Positions 51,319 to 61,769 of a stretch of DNA of 64,000 nucleotides are shown in pieces. A program made the position numbers and the translations under genes. Each line of letters begins with the position of its first letter. Positions within the stretch are counted from its first letter, which is position 1. Origin of the DNA: an uncultured bacterium (GTDB lineage: Bacteria > Desulfobacterota_D > UBA1144). Below the pieces are notes generated by a model. The model was not told the origin of the DNA, searched no databases, and worked only from the letters and a program-made list of their open reading frames with translations. Where the stretch lies: assembly GCA_913050325.1 (NCBI GenBank), contig CAJWZP010000001.1, forward strand, positions 1,611 through 65,610, read 5' to 3'.

Positions 51319-52677
51319 ATGAATACAAGAGTAAGATTTGCTCCAAGCCCAACTGGTTCTTTACATCTGGGAAGTGTCAGAACGGCAATTTTTAATTATC
51401 TCTTTTCAAAACAAACCAATGGTTCACTCATATTAAGAATTGAAGATACTGATAAGGGAAGATCTACAAGTCATTCTCAAGAGGAAATTTTGTCCTCTCT
51501 AAAGTGGTTAGGAATTCAATGGAATGAGGGTCCATATTTGCAATCAGAAAGAATAGAGATTTATCAAAATTATGCAAATATTCTTTTATCTGAAGGTAAG
51601 GCTTATAAATGCTTTTCATCCCAAGAAGAAATAAATAGAATTAAAGAACAAGCAAAAAAAGAAAAAAAAATTTATAAATATCCAAGGATTTGGAGAGATA
51701 GAAAAGATCATCCACAAAATAAAGATTTTGTAATTAGATTTAAAACCCCAGATAATAAAATCATTGATTTTAAAGATACTTTGAGAGGAAAAATAGAAAT
51801 TGAAAGTAATAATTTAGACGATTTTATAATAATAAAAAGCGACGGATTTCCAACATATAACTTTGCCTCAGCAATTGATGATATAGAAATGAAAATTACG
51901 AATGTTATTAGAGGTGAAGATCATTTATCAAATACGCCCAAACAGATATTAATTTATAATTCCTTGAATGCAAAAATTCCTGATTTTACTCATGTTTCAA
52001 TGATATTAGGCAAAGACAAAACTAAGTTAAGCAAGCGACATGGTGCTGAATCAATTGATAACTTTAAGTCTATGGGATTTTTGCCAGTTTCAATAATTAA
52101 TTATCTAGCAAGACTAGGCTGGTCGTTTGGCGATCAAGAAATTTTCTCTTTAAATGAAATGGAAGCAAACTTTAGTTTAGATAATTTAAATAAATCACCC
52201 GCTATTTTTGACCTAGAAAAATTTACATGGGTAAATTCAAATCAAATTAAAAAAGCAGATACTAATTATTTAAAAGAATTGATAAATTTTAAATTTATTG
52301 AAGGAATTGATATAGACTTAGCCATTTTGTCAGCCAAAGAAAAATCAAAAGATTTAATACAACTTAAAGAAGTTCTAAGTTTTTGTGAAACCAAAGAATT
52401 AAACATAGATGATAAATCAATTGAATCAATAAATGATTGTGATAAAAAAATATTAGAAAAGTTTTTAAATAGCTTTATGGATTATAATTTTAAAAACATG
52501 GATGAAATTGAAGATTTTTTTAAAAATTTTTTATTAAATAATAATTTAAAAATGAAAAACTTAGCATTTCCACTTAGATTAATATTAACTGGTTCTAAAA
52601 ATTCCCCGGGAATTTATCAAATATTAAAAATTCTTAGTAAAGAATTAATTTCTTATAGGGTTAAAAGGTTTTTATAG
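51319..52677 (+). CDS. gltX: Glutamate--tRNA ligase
   Basis: RFAPSPTG.LHLG, RIEDTD, RGEDH, KLSKR. Confidence 0.96.
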   Translation: MNTRVRFAPSPTGSLHLGSVRTAIFNYLFSKQTNGSLILRIEDTDKGRSTSHSQEEILSSLKWLGIQWNEGPYLQSERIEIYQNYANILLSEGKAYKCFSSQEEINRIKEQAKKEKKIYKYPRIWRDRKDHPQNKDFVIRFKTPDNKIIDFKDTLRGKIEIESNNLDDFIIIKSDGFPTYNFASAIDDIEMKITNVIRGEDHLSNTPKQILIYNSLNAKIPDFTHVSMILGKDKTKLSKRHGAESIDNFKSMGFLPVSIINYLARLGWSFGDQEIFSLNEMEANFSLDNLNKSPAIFDLEKFTWVNSNQIKKADTNYLKELINFKFIEGIDIDLAILSAKEKSKDLIQLKEVLSFCETKELNIDDKSIESINDCDKKILEKFLNSFMDYNFKNMDEIEDFFKNFLLNNNLKMKNLAFPLRLILTGSKNSPGIYQILKILSKELISYRVKRFL

Positions 52678-52679
52678 AA

Positions 52680-53288
52680 TTGAAAAATAAAATATTAAAA
52701 ATTGGTATATCTGGAATAATTGGAAGTGGTAAAAGTGAAGCAATTAAATTCTTCAAGTGGAAAAGGTTTCCATCATATGATTTGGATGAAATTTCAAAAA
52801 AGATTATGCAACCTGGGGAAAGTTGCTATAAAAAAATAATTAAAACTTTTGGGGATGAAATATTAGATAAAAATAAAAAAATAAACAGAGAAGAATTCAG
52901 AAAAATAATATTTAACGATGATAATAAAAGACTAAAGCTTAACTCAATAGTTCATCCTGAATTATTAAAAAAAGTTAAAGAATTTTCAAAAATAATGAAT
53001 TCTAAGAAAAAAAGGTTAATTTTCTTTGAAGGAGCTCTAATTAACAAAAAAACAAAAATAGGAGACTTTTTAGATTATATAATACTAATAAAATGTACAA
53101 AAAAAAATATAATTAAACGTGTAAAAGATAGGGATCATGTGCATTTTAATGAGATTAATACAATATTTAATATACAAAACGAAATCCACAAAAAAAAGGA
53201 TATGTATGATTTTGTAGTTACTAATAATGAAAAAATAGATGTTTTTAGAACTAAATTGAATTCAATACTAGAAAAAATATCTCATTAG
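52680..53288 (+). CDS. coaE: Dephospho-CoA kinase
   Basis: G.IGSGKS, D.D.I, LN.IVHP, R...RD; TTG start. Confidence 0.88.
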   Translation: MKNKILKIGISGIIGSGKSEAIKFFKWKRFPSYDLDEISKKIMQPGESCYKKIIKTFGDEILDKNKKINREEFRKIIFNDDNKRLKLNSIVHPELLKKVKEFSKIMNSKKKRLIFFEGALINKKTKIGDFLDYIILIKCTKKNIIKRVKDRDHVHFNEINTIFNIQNEIHKKKDMYDFVVTNNEKIDVFRTKLNSILEKISH

Positions 53289-53366
53289 ATTATATTTTTA
53301 TAATTATTTTTTAACGAATTATTAATAATTAGCACGCGAATTAATTTAAATATATAGAGGTTTCAT

Positions 53367-54929
53367 ATGAGTGAAGAAATTACAATGGAACAAAAGATTA
53401 AATTTCTAGAGGAAAAACTAGCCAAAGCAGAAGAAGCTGGTGGTGATGCCAGAGTAGATAAGCAACATAATCAAGGAAAGCTAACAGCACGAGAAAGAAT
53501 CAACCTGCTTTTGGATAATGGAAGTTTTGTTGAACTGGATAAATTTGTTGAACACCAAAACTATAATTTTGGAATGGAGAAAACTAAATTCCTTGGTGAT
53601 GGAGTTGTTACAGGATATGGAAAAATTGATGGTAGACAAGTATTTGTATATGCGCAAGATTTTACTATTTTTGGAGGGGCTTTAGGTTTAGCTCATGCAA
53701 GAAAAATAACAAAAATTATGGATATGGCAATGCAAGTAGGATGTCCTGTAATAGGTTTAAGTGATTCTGGAGGAGCAAGAATTCAAGAAGGAGTTAGAGG
53801 TCTTGCGGGTTATGCAGAGATATTTTTGAGAAATGTTCAATCCTCAGGTGTTATTCCTCAAATTTCAGCAATAATGGGTCCTAGTGCTGGAGGTGCAGTT
53901 TATTCACCAGCAATGACAGATTTTATTGCTATGGTGAAAAATACCAGCTACATGTTTATCACTGGTCCAGATGTTGTTAAAACCGTTACCAATGAAGAAG
54001 TTACTTCTGAAGAATTAGGTGGTGCGGTTGTACACACCTCCGAAAGTGGAGTCGCTCAATTTGCCGCAGAAAATGATGAAGATTGTCTTGCTTTATTAAG
54101 AGAATTATTTACTTTTTTACCACTAAATAATATGGAAGATCCTCCATCTATTGCATGTGATGATCCAATTGATAGAAAAGTAGATAAGCTTCGTGATATT
54201 GTTCCAACCAACCCTAACAAGCCATATGATATGAAAGAGGTTATTTCATCAATTGTGGATAATGAATATTTTTTTGAAGTAGCTGAAAATTATGCTCAGA
54301 ATATTGTTGTAGGATTTGCTCGGATAAATGGTAAAACAATTGGAGTTGTAGGTAACCAACCAAATGTATTAGCTGGAGTTCTAGATATTAAATCATCAAT
54401 TAAAGGTGCAAGATTTGTAAGATTTTGTGATTGCTTCAATATACCTCTTCTTACTTTAGTAGATGTTCCTGGCTTTTTACCAGGGGTAGATCAAGAACTT
54501 AATGGAATAATATTGCATGGTGCTAAATTATTATATGCATATTGTGAAGCTACAGTTCCGAGAGTTACAGTTATTACTAGGAAAGCATATGGTGGTGCAT
54601 ACGATGTTATGTCATCAAAACATTTAAGAGGTGATATCAACCTTGCCTTCCCTACTGCTGAGATTGCTGTAATGGGTCCTGATGGAGCGGTAAATATTGT
54701 TAATAGAAGAGAAATTCAAAATGCTGAAGATCCGGTTGCCGAAAAAGCAAAATTGGTTGAAGAATATAAAGAGCTTTTTGCTAACCCTTACAGAGCTGCA
54801 AACTTAGGATATATTGATGAGGTTATTAAGCCTGAGGATACCAGAATAAGAGTTGCAAATTCCTTTGAAATGTTAGAAGGTAAAAGACAAAATAATCCAC
54901 CTAAAAAACATGGGCTTATTCCCCTATAA
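53367..54929 (+). CDS. pccB: Acyl-CoA (propionyl-CoA type) carboxylase, carboxyltransferase subunit
   Basis: [48 protein letters not shown]. Confidence 0.92.
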   Translation: MSEEITMEQKIKFLEEKLAKAEEAGGDARVDKQHNQGKLTARERINLLLDNGSFVELDKFVEHQNYNFGMEKTKFLGDGVVTGYGKIDGRQVFVYAQDFTIFGGALGLAHARKITKIMDMAMQVGCPVIGLSDSGGARIQEGVRGLAGYAEIFLRNVQSSGVIPQISAIMGPSAGGAVYSPAMTDFIAMVKNTSYMFITGPDVVKTVTNEEVTSEELGGAVVHTSESGVAQFAAENDEDCLALLRELFTFLPLNNMEDPPSIACDDPIDRKVDKLRDIVPTNPNKPYDMKEVISSIVDNEYFFEVAENYAQNIVVGFARINGKTIGVVGNQPNVLAGVLDIKSSIKGARFVRFCDCFNIPLLTLVDVPGFLPGVDQELNGIILHGAKLLYAYCEATVPRVTVITRKAYGGAYDVMSSKHLRGDINLAFPTAEIAVMGPDGAVNIVNRREIQNAEDPVAEKAKLVEEYKELFANPYRAANLGYIDEVIKPEDTRIRVANSFEMLEGKRQNNPPKKHGLIPL

Positions 54930-54945
54930 AATTTAAGAGGTATTT

Positions 54946-56442
54946 ATGTATAAAAAAATATTAATTGCAAATAGGGGCGAAATAGCGATAAGAATCATAA
55001 GGGCTTGTAAGGAGCTTAATATTAAAACTGTAGCTGTTTATTCAGATGCAGATAAAGGATCTTTGCATGTTAATATGGCTGACGAAGCCTATAATATTGG
55101 AGGGCCATTACCTAGCCAAAGTTATCTAATAGGAAAAAATATTATTAAAGTTGCTAAGAAAGCAAAGTGTGATGGGATTCATCCTGGATATGGTTTTTTG
55201 TCAGAAAATGCCGAATTTGCCGAAGATTGTATAAAAAATAAAATTGATTTTATTGGACCAAGTGCTGAAGCTATAAGACTAATGGGTGATAAAATTACCT
55301 CCAGAGATATAGCTAAATCTGCTAAAGTTCCATTAGTTCCCGGAACTGAGGGTGAAGTTAGTAATGAAGAAGCGGTTCAGGCAGCTAAAGACATCGGCTT
55401 TCCACTCATGATTAAAGCTTCTGCAGGTGGTGGTGGTAAAGGTATGAGGCTTGTTCATAAAATGTCTGACTTTGAAAATTCTTTAAATATGGCAAAAAGT
55501 GAAGCTAAATCTGCATTCAATAATGACGCGGTCTTTATTGAAAGATTTGTTCAAGAGCCTAGGCACATTGAAATACAAATTCTTGGTGATAAACATGGAA
55601 ACGTTGTGCATCTTTTTGAAAGAGAATGCTCCATTCAAAGAAGACATCAAAAAGTTGTAGAGGAAGCTCCCTCACCAGGTGTTAGTAAAAAAACTAGAGA
55701 ATTGATGGGAAATATTGCTGTAAAACTTGCAAAAAAAGTTTCATATCATGGAGCAGGTACAGTTGAATTTATTATGGACCAAAAAGAAAATTTTTATTTT
55801 CTTGAAATGAATACTCGTGTACAAGTAGAACATCCAATAACAGAAATGATAACAGGAATAGATATTGTTAAAGAAATGATTAAAGTCTCATATGGTGAAA
55901 AATTAAGTATTAAACAGAAAGATATAACAATAACAGGTCATGCGATTGAATGTAGAATTTGTGCTGAAGACCCAGGTAATAATTTTATTCCAACACCAGG
56001 TATAGCTAGCTATACTAAATCTCCCCAAGGGCCTGGTGTGAGAGATGACTCTTCTTTATTTAATGGCTATGAAGTTACAACTTTTTATGATCCTATGCTA
56101 TCTAAACTTATTGTTTGGGGTAAAGATCGTAATGATGCCATAAAAAGAATGGCAAGAGCATTAGATGAATATATTGTCCTTGGCTTAAAAACCAATCTTG
56201 GTTTTTTGAATAGACTAATGGATGAAAAAGACTTTATTGATGCCAAACTTGATACTGGTTTTATCGATAAGCATAAAAAATTACTAAACACACCAAAAGA
56301 AAATTTAAGTATATCCGCAATAGCTGGTGTTATTACATTACATTCTGGTATAGATGTTGAAAATATTTCTAGAGATCCTAGGTTCACACCTTGGAAATAT
56401 ATAGCTAGAAGAGTAAGTATATCAAGAAATTCAATGTTTTAA
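54946..56442 (+). CDS. accC: Biotin carboxylase subunit
   Basis: ANRGEIA, HPGYGFLSEN, GGGGKGMR, RECSIQRRHQK, EMNTR.QVEHP, YDPMLSKL. Confidence 0.93.
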   Translation: MYKKILIANRGEIAIRIIRACKELNIKTVAVYSDADKGSLHVNMADEAYNIGGPLPSQSYLIGKNIIKVAKKAKCDGIHPGYGFLSENAEFAEDCIKNKIDFIGPSAEAIRLMGDKITSRDIAKSAKVPLVPGTEGEVSNEEAVQAAKDIGFPLMIKASAGGGGKGMRLVHKMSDFENSLNMAKSEAKSAFNNDAVFIERFVQEPRHIEIQILGDKHGNVVHLFERECSIQRRHQKVVEEAPSPGVSKKTRELMGNIAVKLAKKVSYHGAGTVEFIMDQKENFYFLEMNTRVQVEHPITEMITGIDIVKEMIKVSYGEKLSIKQKDITITGHAIECRICAEDPGNNFIPTPGIASYTKSPQGPGVRDDSSLFNGYEVTTFYDPMLSKLIVWGKDRNDAIKRMARALDEYIVLGLKTNLGFLNRLMDEKDFIDAKLDTGFIDKHKKLLNTPKENLSISAIAGVITLHSGIDVENISRDPRFTPWKYIARRVSISRNSMF

Positions 56443-56457
56443 TTTATAGGAAAAAAA

Positions 56458-56964
56458 ATGAAATATAGTTTAAAAATAGGTAAAGAAATTTTGAATTTTA
56501 ATCTCGCAGAAAGTGGAGAGATTTTTAATATTGAATTTAATGAAAAAAAATATAATGCCGAATTAATAAAAATCGATTCAAATCTTTATTCAATGATTTT
56601 AGATGGTCAAACATGTACAGTTGCAATCAAAAAAGAAGGGAAGTCAATTGAGATTTTTTACAAAGGGGACCTCTTTAGTTTTGAAATTCCTTCAGCTAGA
56701 GATAAAAGCTCATTAGAGAATGCTTCAGGTGTTGATAAAATTTCTGCTCCTATGCCTGGAAGAGTAGTAAAAGTTTTAAAAAAGGTTGGAGATATTATTA
56801 AAGAAGGTGAGGGATTAATTGTTGTTGAGGCTATGAAAATGGAAAGTGAACTTAAATCTTCAATAGATGGGAAAGTCAGTGAGATAAGTGTTAAAGATGG
56901 AGATACAGTTGACTTAGGAGCACACTTAATAACAGTTGAAAACGATGAAAAAGAAGATTCCTAA
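56458..56964 (+). CDS. Biotin carboxyl carrier protein
   Basis: APMPG and the EAMKM biotinylation motif, with an N-terminal beta domain. Confidence 0.9.
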   Translation: MKYSLKIGKEILNFNLAESGEIFNIEFNEKKYNAELIKIDSNLYSMILDGQTCTVAIKKEGKSIEIFYKGDLFSFEIPSARDKSSLENASGVDKISAPMPGRVVKVLKKVGDIIKEGEGLIVVEAMKMESELKSSIDGKVSEISVKDGDTVDLGAHLITVENDEKEDS

Positions 56965-58489
56965 CTTTCTCATAATTACCTTTTTTTTTCTTATATCATT
57001 ATTATTTACAAAATTATCGATAGCAGACAATGAAGTTACTATTAATATGTCCAGTGAGCCTGGTACGCTTGATTGGAACTTGGCCACAGATAGCTCTTCT
57101 TTTTTAATTATAAATAATATAATGAAAGGGCTAACCAAACTAAATAAAGATTTAAAAGTTGAAAATAATTTAGCTGATGAATGGTATTTTACTGATGAAT
57201 CAAAAATTATTTTTAAACTAAAGAAAGGTATTTTATGGTCTGACAATAAAGAGCTAAAAGCTCATCATTTCAAAGACTCATGGGAAAGACTTTTAAATCC
57301 TAAAACTGCGGCAGACTATGCATACTTCTTGTTCGATATAAAAAATGCAAAAGAATATAATTCTGGAAAAATAAAAAATTTTGAAGAAGTAGGAATTAAG
57401 ATAATCAATGATTATATAATAGAAATTGATCTCATTGAAAAAAAAACATACTTTCCCAGTTTGATGAGTTTTATGTCAACTTTCCCAATTAGAAAAGACT
57501 TAATTTCTATATATAAAGAATCATGGGTCAGAAAAGAAAACTTAGTAACATTAGGTGAATTCAGATTAATTGATAGAAAAAATAACAGCTATTTACTTTT
57601 TAAAAATAAAAAAAATAAGATTGTAAAAATAATTATAAATGAAAATAGTTCATCTTCTTTAGCAATGTTTGAAAGCGGACAGATTGATATACTAGATGGA
57701 GGAGGGATACCATTACTTGAGATACCATATTTAAAAGAAAAAAAAATATTAAAAACAGTTAGTCAATTTAGAAATAATTATATTGGTTTTAATGTTAATA
57801 AATTCCCATTTAATGACCCTGATATAAGGAGAGCTTTTTTATATTCGATTGATAAAAGCGTGATAGAGAAAATTTTACAAAAAACCGTTAAAAAAACTAG
57901 CTCCTGGATACCTGAAGGTATGTTAGGAAATAGAGTTTATATAAATGAATTTAATTCAGAAAAAGCAAAAAAAATATTAAAAGATAAAAAATTTTATCAA
58001 AAAATAAAAGATAAAAAAATCAAGTTTTTATTCCCTGAATCAGCAAATAATAGATTAATTGCTGAAGTACTTCAGGACATGTGGAAAACTAATATTGGTG
58101 TTGATATCGAGGTTGAAGGACTTGAGTGGAAAGTTTATCTAAGCAAGTTAGATACTGATAGACCTCATATGTTTAGAGCTGGATGGTCAGCAGATTATGC
58201 AGATCCTCATAATTTTATGAACCTTTTTACATGTAATAGTGGTAATAATGAGACAGGATGGTGTAATGAAAATTTTGATAATATTGTAAGAAAAGCGTCA
58301 AGCGAATTAGATTTAAAAATTAGAGATAGACTTTATAAACAAGCACAAAAAATATTATTAGATAAAGATATTGTTATTATTCCATTATATGAATCTGATC
58401 AAATTTACCTTCAAAGTGATAAAATAAAATCAGTTAACTATTCTAAGTTAGGAGTCCTAAATTTTTCACAAATTAAATTTAAGAATTGA
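56945..58489 (+). CDS. oppA: Peptide ABC transporter substrate-binding protein
   Basis: EP.TLD, LA..W, W.RLL.P.T, PF.D..R.A, W.ADY.DP. The ATG at 56945 is preferred. Confidence 0.88.
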   Translation: MKKKIPNFLIITFFFLISLLFTKLSIADNEVTINMSSEPGTLDWNLATDSSSFLIINNIMKGLTKLNKDLKVENNLADEWYFTDESKIIFKLKKGILWSDNKELKAHHFKDSWERLLNPKTAADYAYFLFDIKNAKEYNSGKIKNFEEVGIKIINDYIIEIDLIEKKTYFPSLMSFMSTFPIRKDLISIYKESWVRKENLVTLGEFRLIDRKNNSYLLFKNKKNKIVKIIINENSSSSLAMFESGQIDILDGGGIPLLEIPYLKEKKILKTVSQFRNNYIGFNVNKFPFNDPDIRRAFLYSIDKSVIEKILQKTVKKTSSWIPEGMLGNRVYINEFNSEKAKKILKDKKFYQKIKDKKIKFLFPESANNRLIAEVLQDMWKTNIGVDIEVEGLEWKVYLSKLDTDRPHMFRAGWSADYADPHNFMNLFTCNSGNNETGWCNENFDNIVRKASSELDLKIRDRLYKQAQKILLDKDIVIIPLYESDQIYLQSDKIKSVNYSKLGVLNFSQIKFKN

Positions 58490-59531
58490 AATAAGGAATA
58501 ATTTCTTTTGAATATACTTCCATTGCATAGTTTGGATCAGGACTAAAGTAATGAAATAAGACAAAATGTTTAACACCATTATCAATATATTTTTCTATCT
58601 TTTTAATACAATCATTCTTAGAACCTGTGATTGTAAAATCAATTACAGCTTCTCTTGGAAAAAAATTTCCAAGCTCTCTAAATTTTTGTTTTTTAACTTC
58701 ATCAGTCGGGGTAATGTTGAAATAGTTTATTCCTTTGTATTCATCTGGAATATCAATATCATATCCAGCTTTTTTCAACTGTTCTTGCATTATGCAGACA
58801 TATCTATAGGGTTCAAGTGATTTATAGGCTTCGTCTTCATCTTTACCTAGAGATGTAAAAATCCATACAGTTGGATCGATCGATTGAATATCTCTTCCAG
58901 CATTTAAAGCTGAATTCTTTATTTTTTCCAAATATATTGAATATAATTTTGGAGTTAAATCTAAGGGCATCCAACCATCTCCGAGTCTACCAATTAAATC
59001 TAATCCTTTATCAGTGTGGGTAGCGAAATAAAAGGGAATACTATTTTTATCCTCATAGAGATTTAGTAATAATGAAGCATCTTTCAATTCGAAGAAGTCA
59101 CCTTTATAACTTACTGTTTCTTTTGTTGACCACAGAAGCTTCATTATATCCATAGATTCGGTCATTCTTTTAAACGGGTTATTCCATGGAATACCATAAG
59201 CATCTGTATTCATTGATTCTCCTACGCCTAAACCCAGAGAAACTCTACCTTTTGATATATGATCTACTGTAGCAAGTCTTTGAGCAAATACAGCTGGATG
59301 ATTCCTATGTGGATCAGAAGTAGTCCCGATTGTGATATTTTTTGTTAATTTCGCAACAACAGCTGCAATAGTCCAAGCTTCAAATGCTGGACTTGGAGCA
59401 ATAAATGCAAGATGATCAGGAAACCATAGAGAGTCAAATCCCATCTCATCAGCCTTAATAGAAAAATTAATTAATTCATCACAATTTGCTCCGGGCATTG
59501 GTGGGACTAAGCCAAATTTTATATTGCTCAT
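58479..59531 (-). CDS. LLM class (luciferase-like) flavin/F420-dependent oxidoreductase
   Basis: GFDSLW.PDH, HPA..AQ..AT.D..S.GR..LG.G.G, DGW. Confidence 0.88.
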   Translation of the reverse strand: MSNIKFGLVPPMPGANCDELINFSIKADEMGFDSLWFPDHLAFIAPSPAFEAWTIAAVVAKLTKNITIGTTSDPHRNHPAVFAQRLATVDHISKGRVSLGLGVGESMNTDAYGIPWNNPFKRMTESMDIMKLLWSTKETVSYKGDFFELKDASLLLNLYEDKNSIPFYFATHTDKGLDLIGRLGDGWMPLDLTPKLYSIYLEKIKNSALNAGRDIQSIDPTVWIFTSLGKDEDEAYKSLEPYRYVCIMQEQLKKAGYDIDIPDEYKGINYFNITPTDEVKKQKFRELGNFFPREAVIDFTITGSKNDCIKKIEKYIDNGVKHFVLFHYFSPDPNYAMEVYSKEIIPYFNS

Positions 59532-59535
59532 TGAA

Positions 59536-60669
59536 TTACTCTAAAAAACTCTTTAAAACTTCTCCAACATCGGATTTTGCTAATTTTTCTAATGCTTTTT
59601 TCTCAATTTGACGAATTCTCTCTCTAGTTAGATCAAATTTTTTACCAATTTCATCTAAAGTATATGTACTTTCCATATCAATACCAAATCTCATTTTTAT
59701 GATTTCTTCTTCTCTTGGAGTTAAGGCCTTCAAAGCTCCTTTAATTCTCTCAGTCAATGAGCTTTCAGCAACAATTCTATCAGGCACTGGTGAACCTTCA
59801 TCAGGAATAAAATCTAAGAGAGTTGCTTTTTCTCCATCAAAAACAGGAGTATCAAGCTGAACAACTTCATTAGTTGATTCTAGTATCCTTTTAACACCAT
59901 CAACAGATATTCCAACTTTTTCAGAAATTTCAGTTGGTGTTGGTTTTCTTCCTAAATCTTTTTGTAATGCTGTACTAGCTTTAAAAACTTTACTAGCTTG
60001 CTCAAGGACATATACAGGCACTCTAATCGTCCTTGTTTGGTCTAAAAGTGCTCTTGAAATGGCTTGGTGTATCCACCATGAGGCATATGTGGAAAATTTA
60101 AAACCTTTTGTATGATCAAATCTTTCGACAGCTCTCATTAGACCAACATTTCCCTCTTGAATTAAGTCCTGAAGAGCTAATCCTCTTCCAATATATCGCT
60201 TGGCTATACTTACAACAAGCCTCAAGTTTGCCTTTACAAATCTTTCTTTAAGATTATTAGCAAGATTGGTATATGCTTTTATATAGCCTTCAACCTCGGC
60301 AATTCTTCTTTTTTTTCCGCCTTTTAAAGAAACTAGTTTTTTCTTCTGAATAGAGCTGATTGACGAATCTTCAACATCTTCAAGAAGTTTTTTAAAATTG
60401 CTGGCTATTAATTCAGATTTTTTTATTTTAGCTGAAACTTCAACTTCCTGCTTAGACTTTAATAAAGGCTCCAAAGACATATCTTTGAAATAAACATACA
60501 ATAACCTATATTGCTCATCAGGTACCCAATCTTTCTTCTTTGATTTTGATCCAACATTTCTTAGAGTTGTTTTTTGATATTCTTCTAATAATGCCTTATC
60601 ATCCAGATCACCATCATTTGATGATTGTTGATCTGAATTATTATATTCTTGATACTCATCGGCTCCCAT
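59536..60669 (-). CDS. RNA polymerase sigma-70 factor, RpoD/SigA-like
   Basis: Region 1.2 (Y..DM...PLL), [37 protein letters not shown]. Confidence 0.92.
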   Translation of the reverse strand: MGADEYQEYNNSDQQSSNDGDLDDKALLEEYQKTTLRNVGSKSKKKDWVPDEQYRLLYVYFKDMSLEPLLKSKQEVEVSAKIKKSELIASNFKKLLEDVEDSSISSIQKKKLVSLKGGKKRRIAEVEGYIKAYTNLANNLKERFVKANLRLVVSIAKRYIGRGLALQDLIQEGNVGLMRAVERFDHTKGFKFSTYASWWIHQAISRALLDQTRTIRVPVYVLEQASKVFKASTALQKDLGRKPTPTEISEKVGISVDGVKRILESTNEVVQLDTPVFDGEKATLLDFIPDEGSPVPDRIVAESSLTERIKGALKALTPREEEIIKMRFGIDMESTYTLDEIGKKFDLTRERIRQIEKKALEKLAKSDVGEVLKSFLE

Positions 60670-60745
60670 TTCATACCCCTAAATAAATTATTAAAATAAA
60701 CGTGCCTAATTATACTATTTTCACCATAGAAAGTGAAGTACTATA

Positions 60746-60816
60746 CTGGCCCGGAAGGATTCGAACCTCCATTGCTTGGACCAAAACCAAGAGTCCTGCC
60801 ATTAGACGACGGGCCA
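60746..60816 (-). tRNA. tRNA-Gln (anticodon TTG)
   Basis: Cloverleaf on the minus strand: acceptor TGGCCCG/CGGGCCA, anticodon arm CTTGG-TTTTGGT-CCAAG, T-loop GGTTCGAATCC. CCA is not encoded. Follows ispE. Confidence 0.93.
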
Positions 60817-60860
60817 AATAAAATATATAAGTCATCATGATACAGGTATTTTTTTCAAAT

Positions 60861-61733
60861 TCAATCTATTTGAAATCGCCACCCTTCAATTGATGAACAA
60901 ATGAATGTTTTATAATGACTTGATGATTCAAAATATGACATTAATTCTTTCCCGGATTCATTTTGATTTATTATTGCAAAAATTGAAGAGCCTGAACCTG
61001 AAACTGAATATGAGTTCATACCCATTGAATCTAAAATTTGAAAAATTTCAACAAAACTATTATTTTCCCCAATCAAAATAGGTAAAAAGTCGTTTCTCAA
61101 TTCTATGTTAGAATCTGCGAATGAAATTGTTTTAGGTTTTTTTTGTTCAAAATATTTATTAATCATTGTTTCATTTTCTATCCATTTAGAATACATATCT
61201 GTTGAATAGCTACTAAAGTTTGGGACAATTAAAAAAAAATTTAAACTGGGTGGAGACTTAATAAGATTTATAGTTTCCCCTCTACCAGTTAAAATTGCTG
61301 ATCTAGAAAAAAGAAATAATGGAACATCTGAACCAATTTCGCATGCAATTTTGTATAAATCTTCAAATCTATCTAAATTAAATATTTTTGATAGCCCAAT
61401 TAAAATCGATGCAGCATTACTACTACCGCCTCCTAATCCGGAACCTAGAGGTATTTTTTTATCTATAAATATTTTTATGTTACTTTTGATATTAAAAAAT
61501 TCGAGGAATTTATTAGCAGCTATATAAGCAAGATTGTCACTTTCTTTGATTTTTTTATTGGTACATTCGACCTCAACACCATCTACAGTATCATCGAGTC
61601 TAATTTTTATAACATCAAATAGATCAATTATCTGAATATTAGATTCAATTTCATGAAAATTATCAATACGTTTGCTCTTAATTCTTAAAGATAAATTTAA
61701 TTTTGCTGGAGATAAAATACTAATATTTTTCAT
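60861..61733 (-). CDS. ispE: 4-diphosphocytidyl-2-C-methyl-D-erythritol kinase
   Basis: PAKLNL.L, R.D.FH.I, KKIP...GLGGGSSNAA, GSDVP, SGSGS. Confidence 0.93.
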   Translation of the reverse strand: MKNISILSPAKLNLSLRIKSKRIDNFHEIESNIQIIDLFDVIKIRLDDTVDGVEVECTNKKIKESDNLAYIAANKFLEFFNIKSNIKIFIDKKIPLGSGLGGGSSNAASILIGLSKIFNLDRFEDLYKIACEIGSDVPLFLFSRSAILTGRGETINLIKSPPSLNFFLIVPNFSSYSTDMYSKWIENETMINKYFEQKKPKTISFADSNIELRNDFLPILIGENNSFVEIFQILDSMGMNSYSVSGSGSSIFAIINQNESGKELMSYFESSSHYKTFICSSIEGWRFQID

Positions 61734-61769
61734 ACACTGATATAATATAATTCATAATTTAAATTATTT

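Noticed and set aside
60670..60860. Integrative element at tRNA-Gln
   Set aside because: No integrase and no duplicated tRNA 3' end seen; both flanks are core genes.
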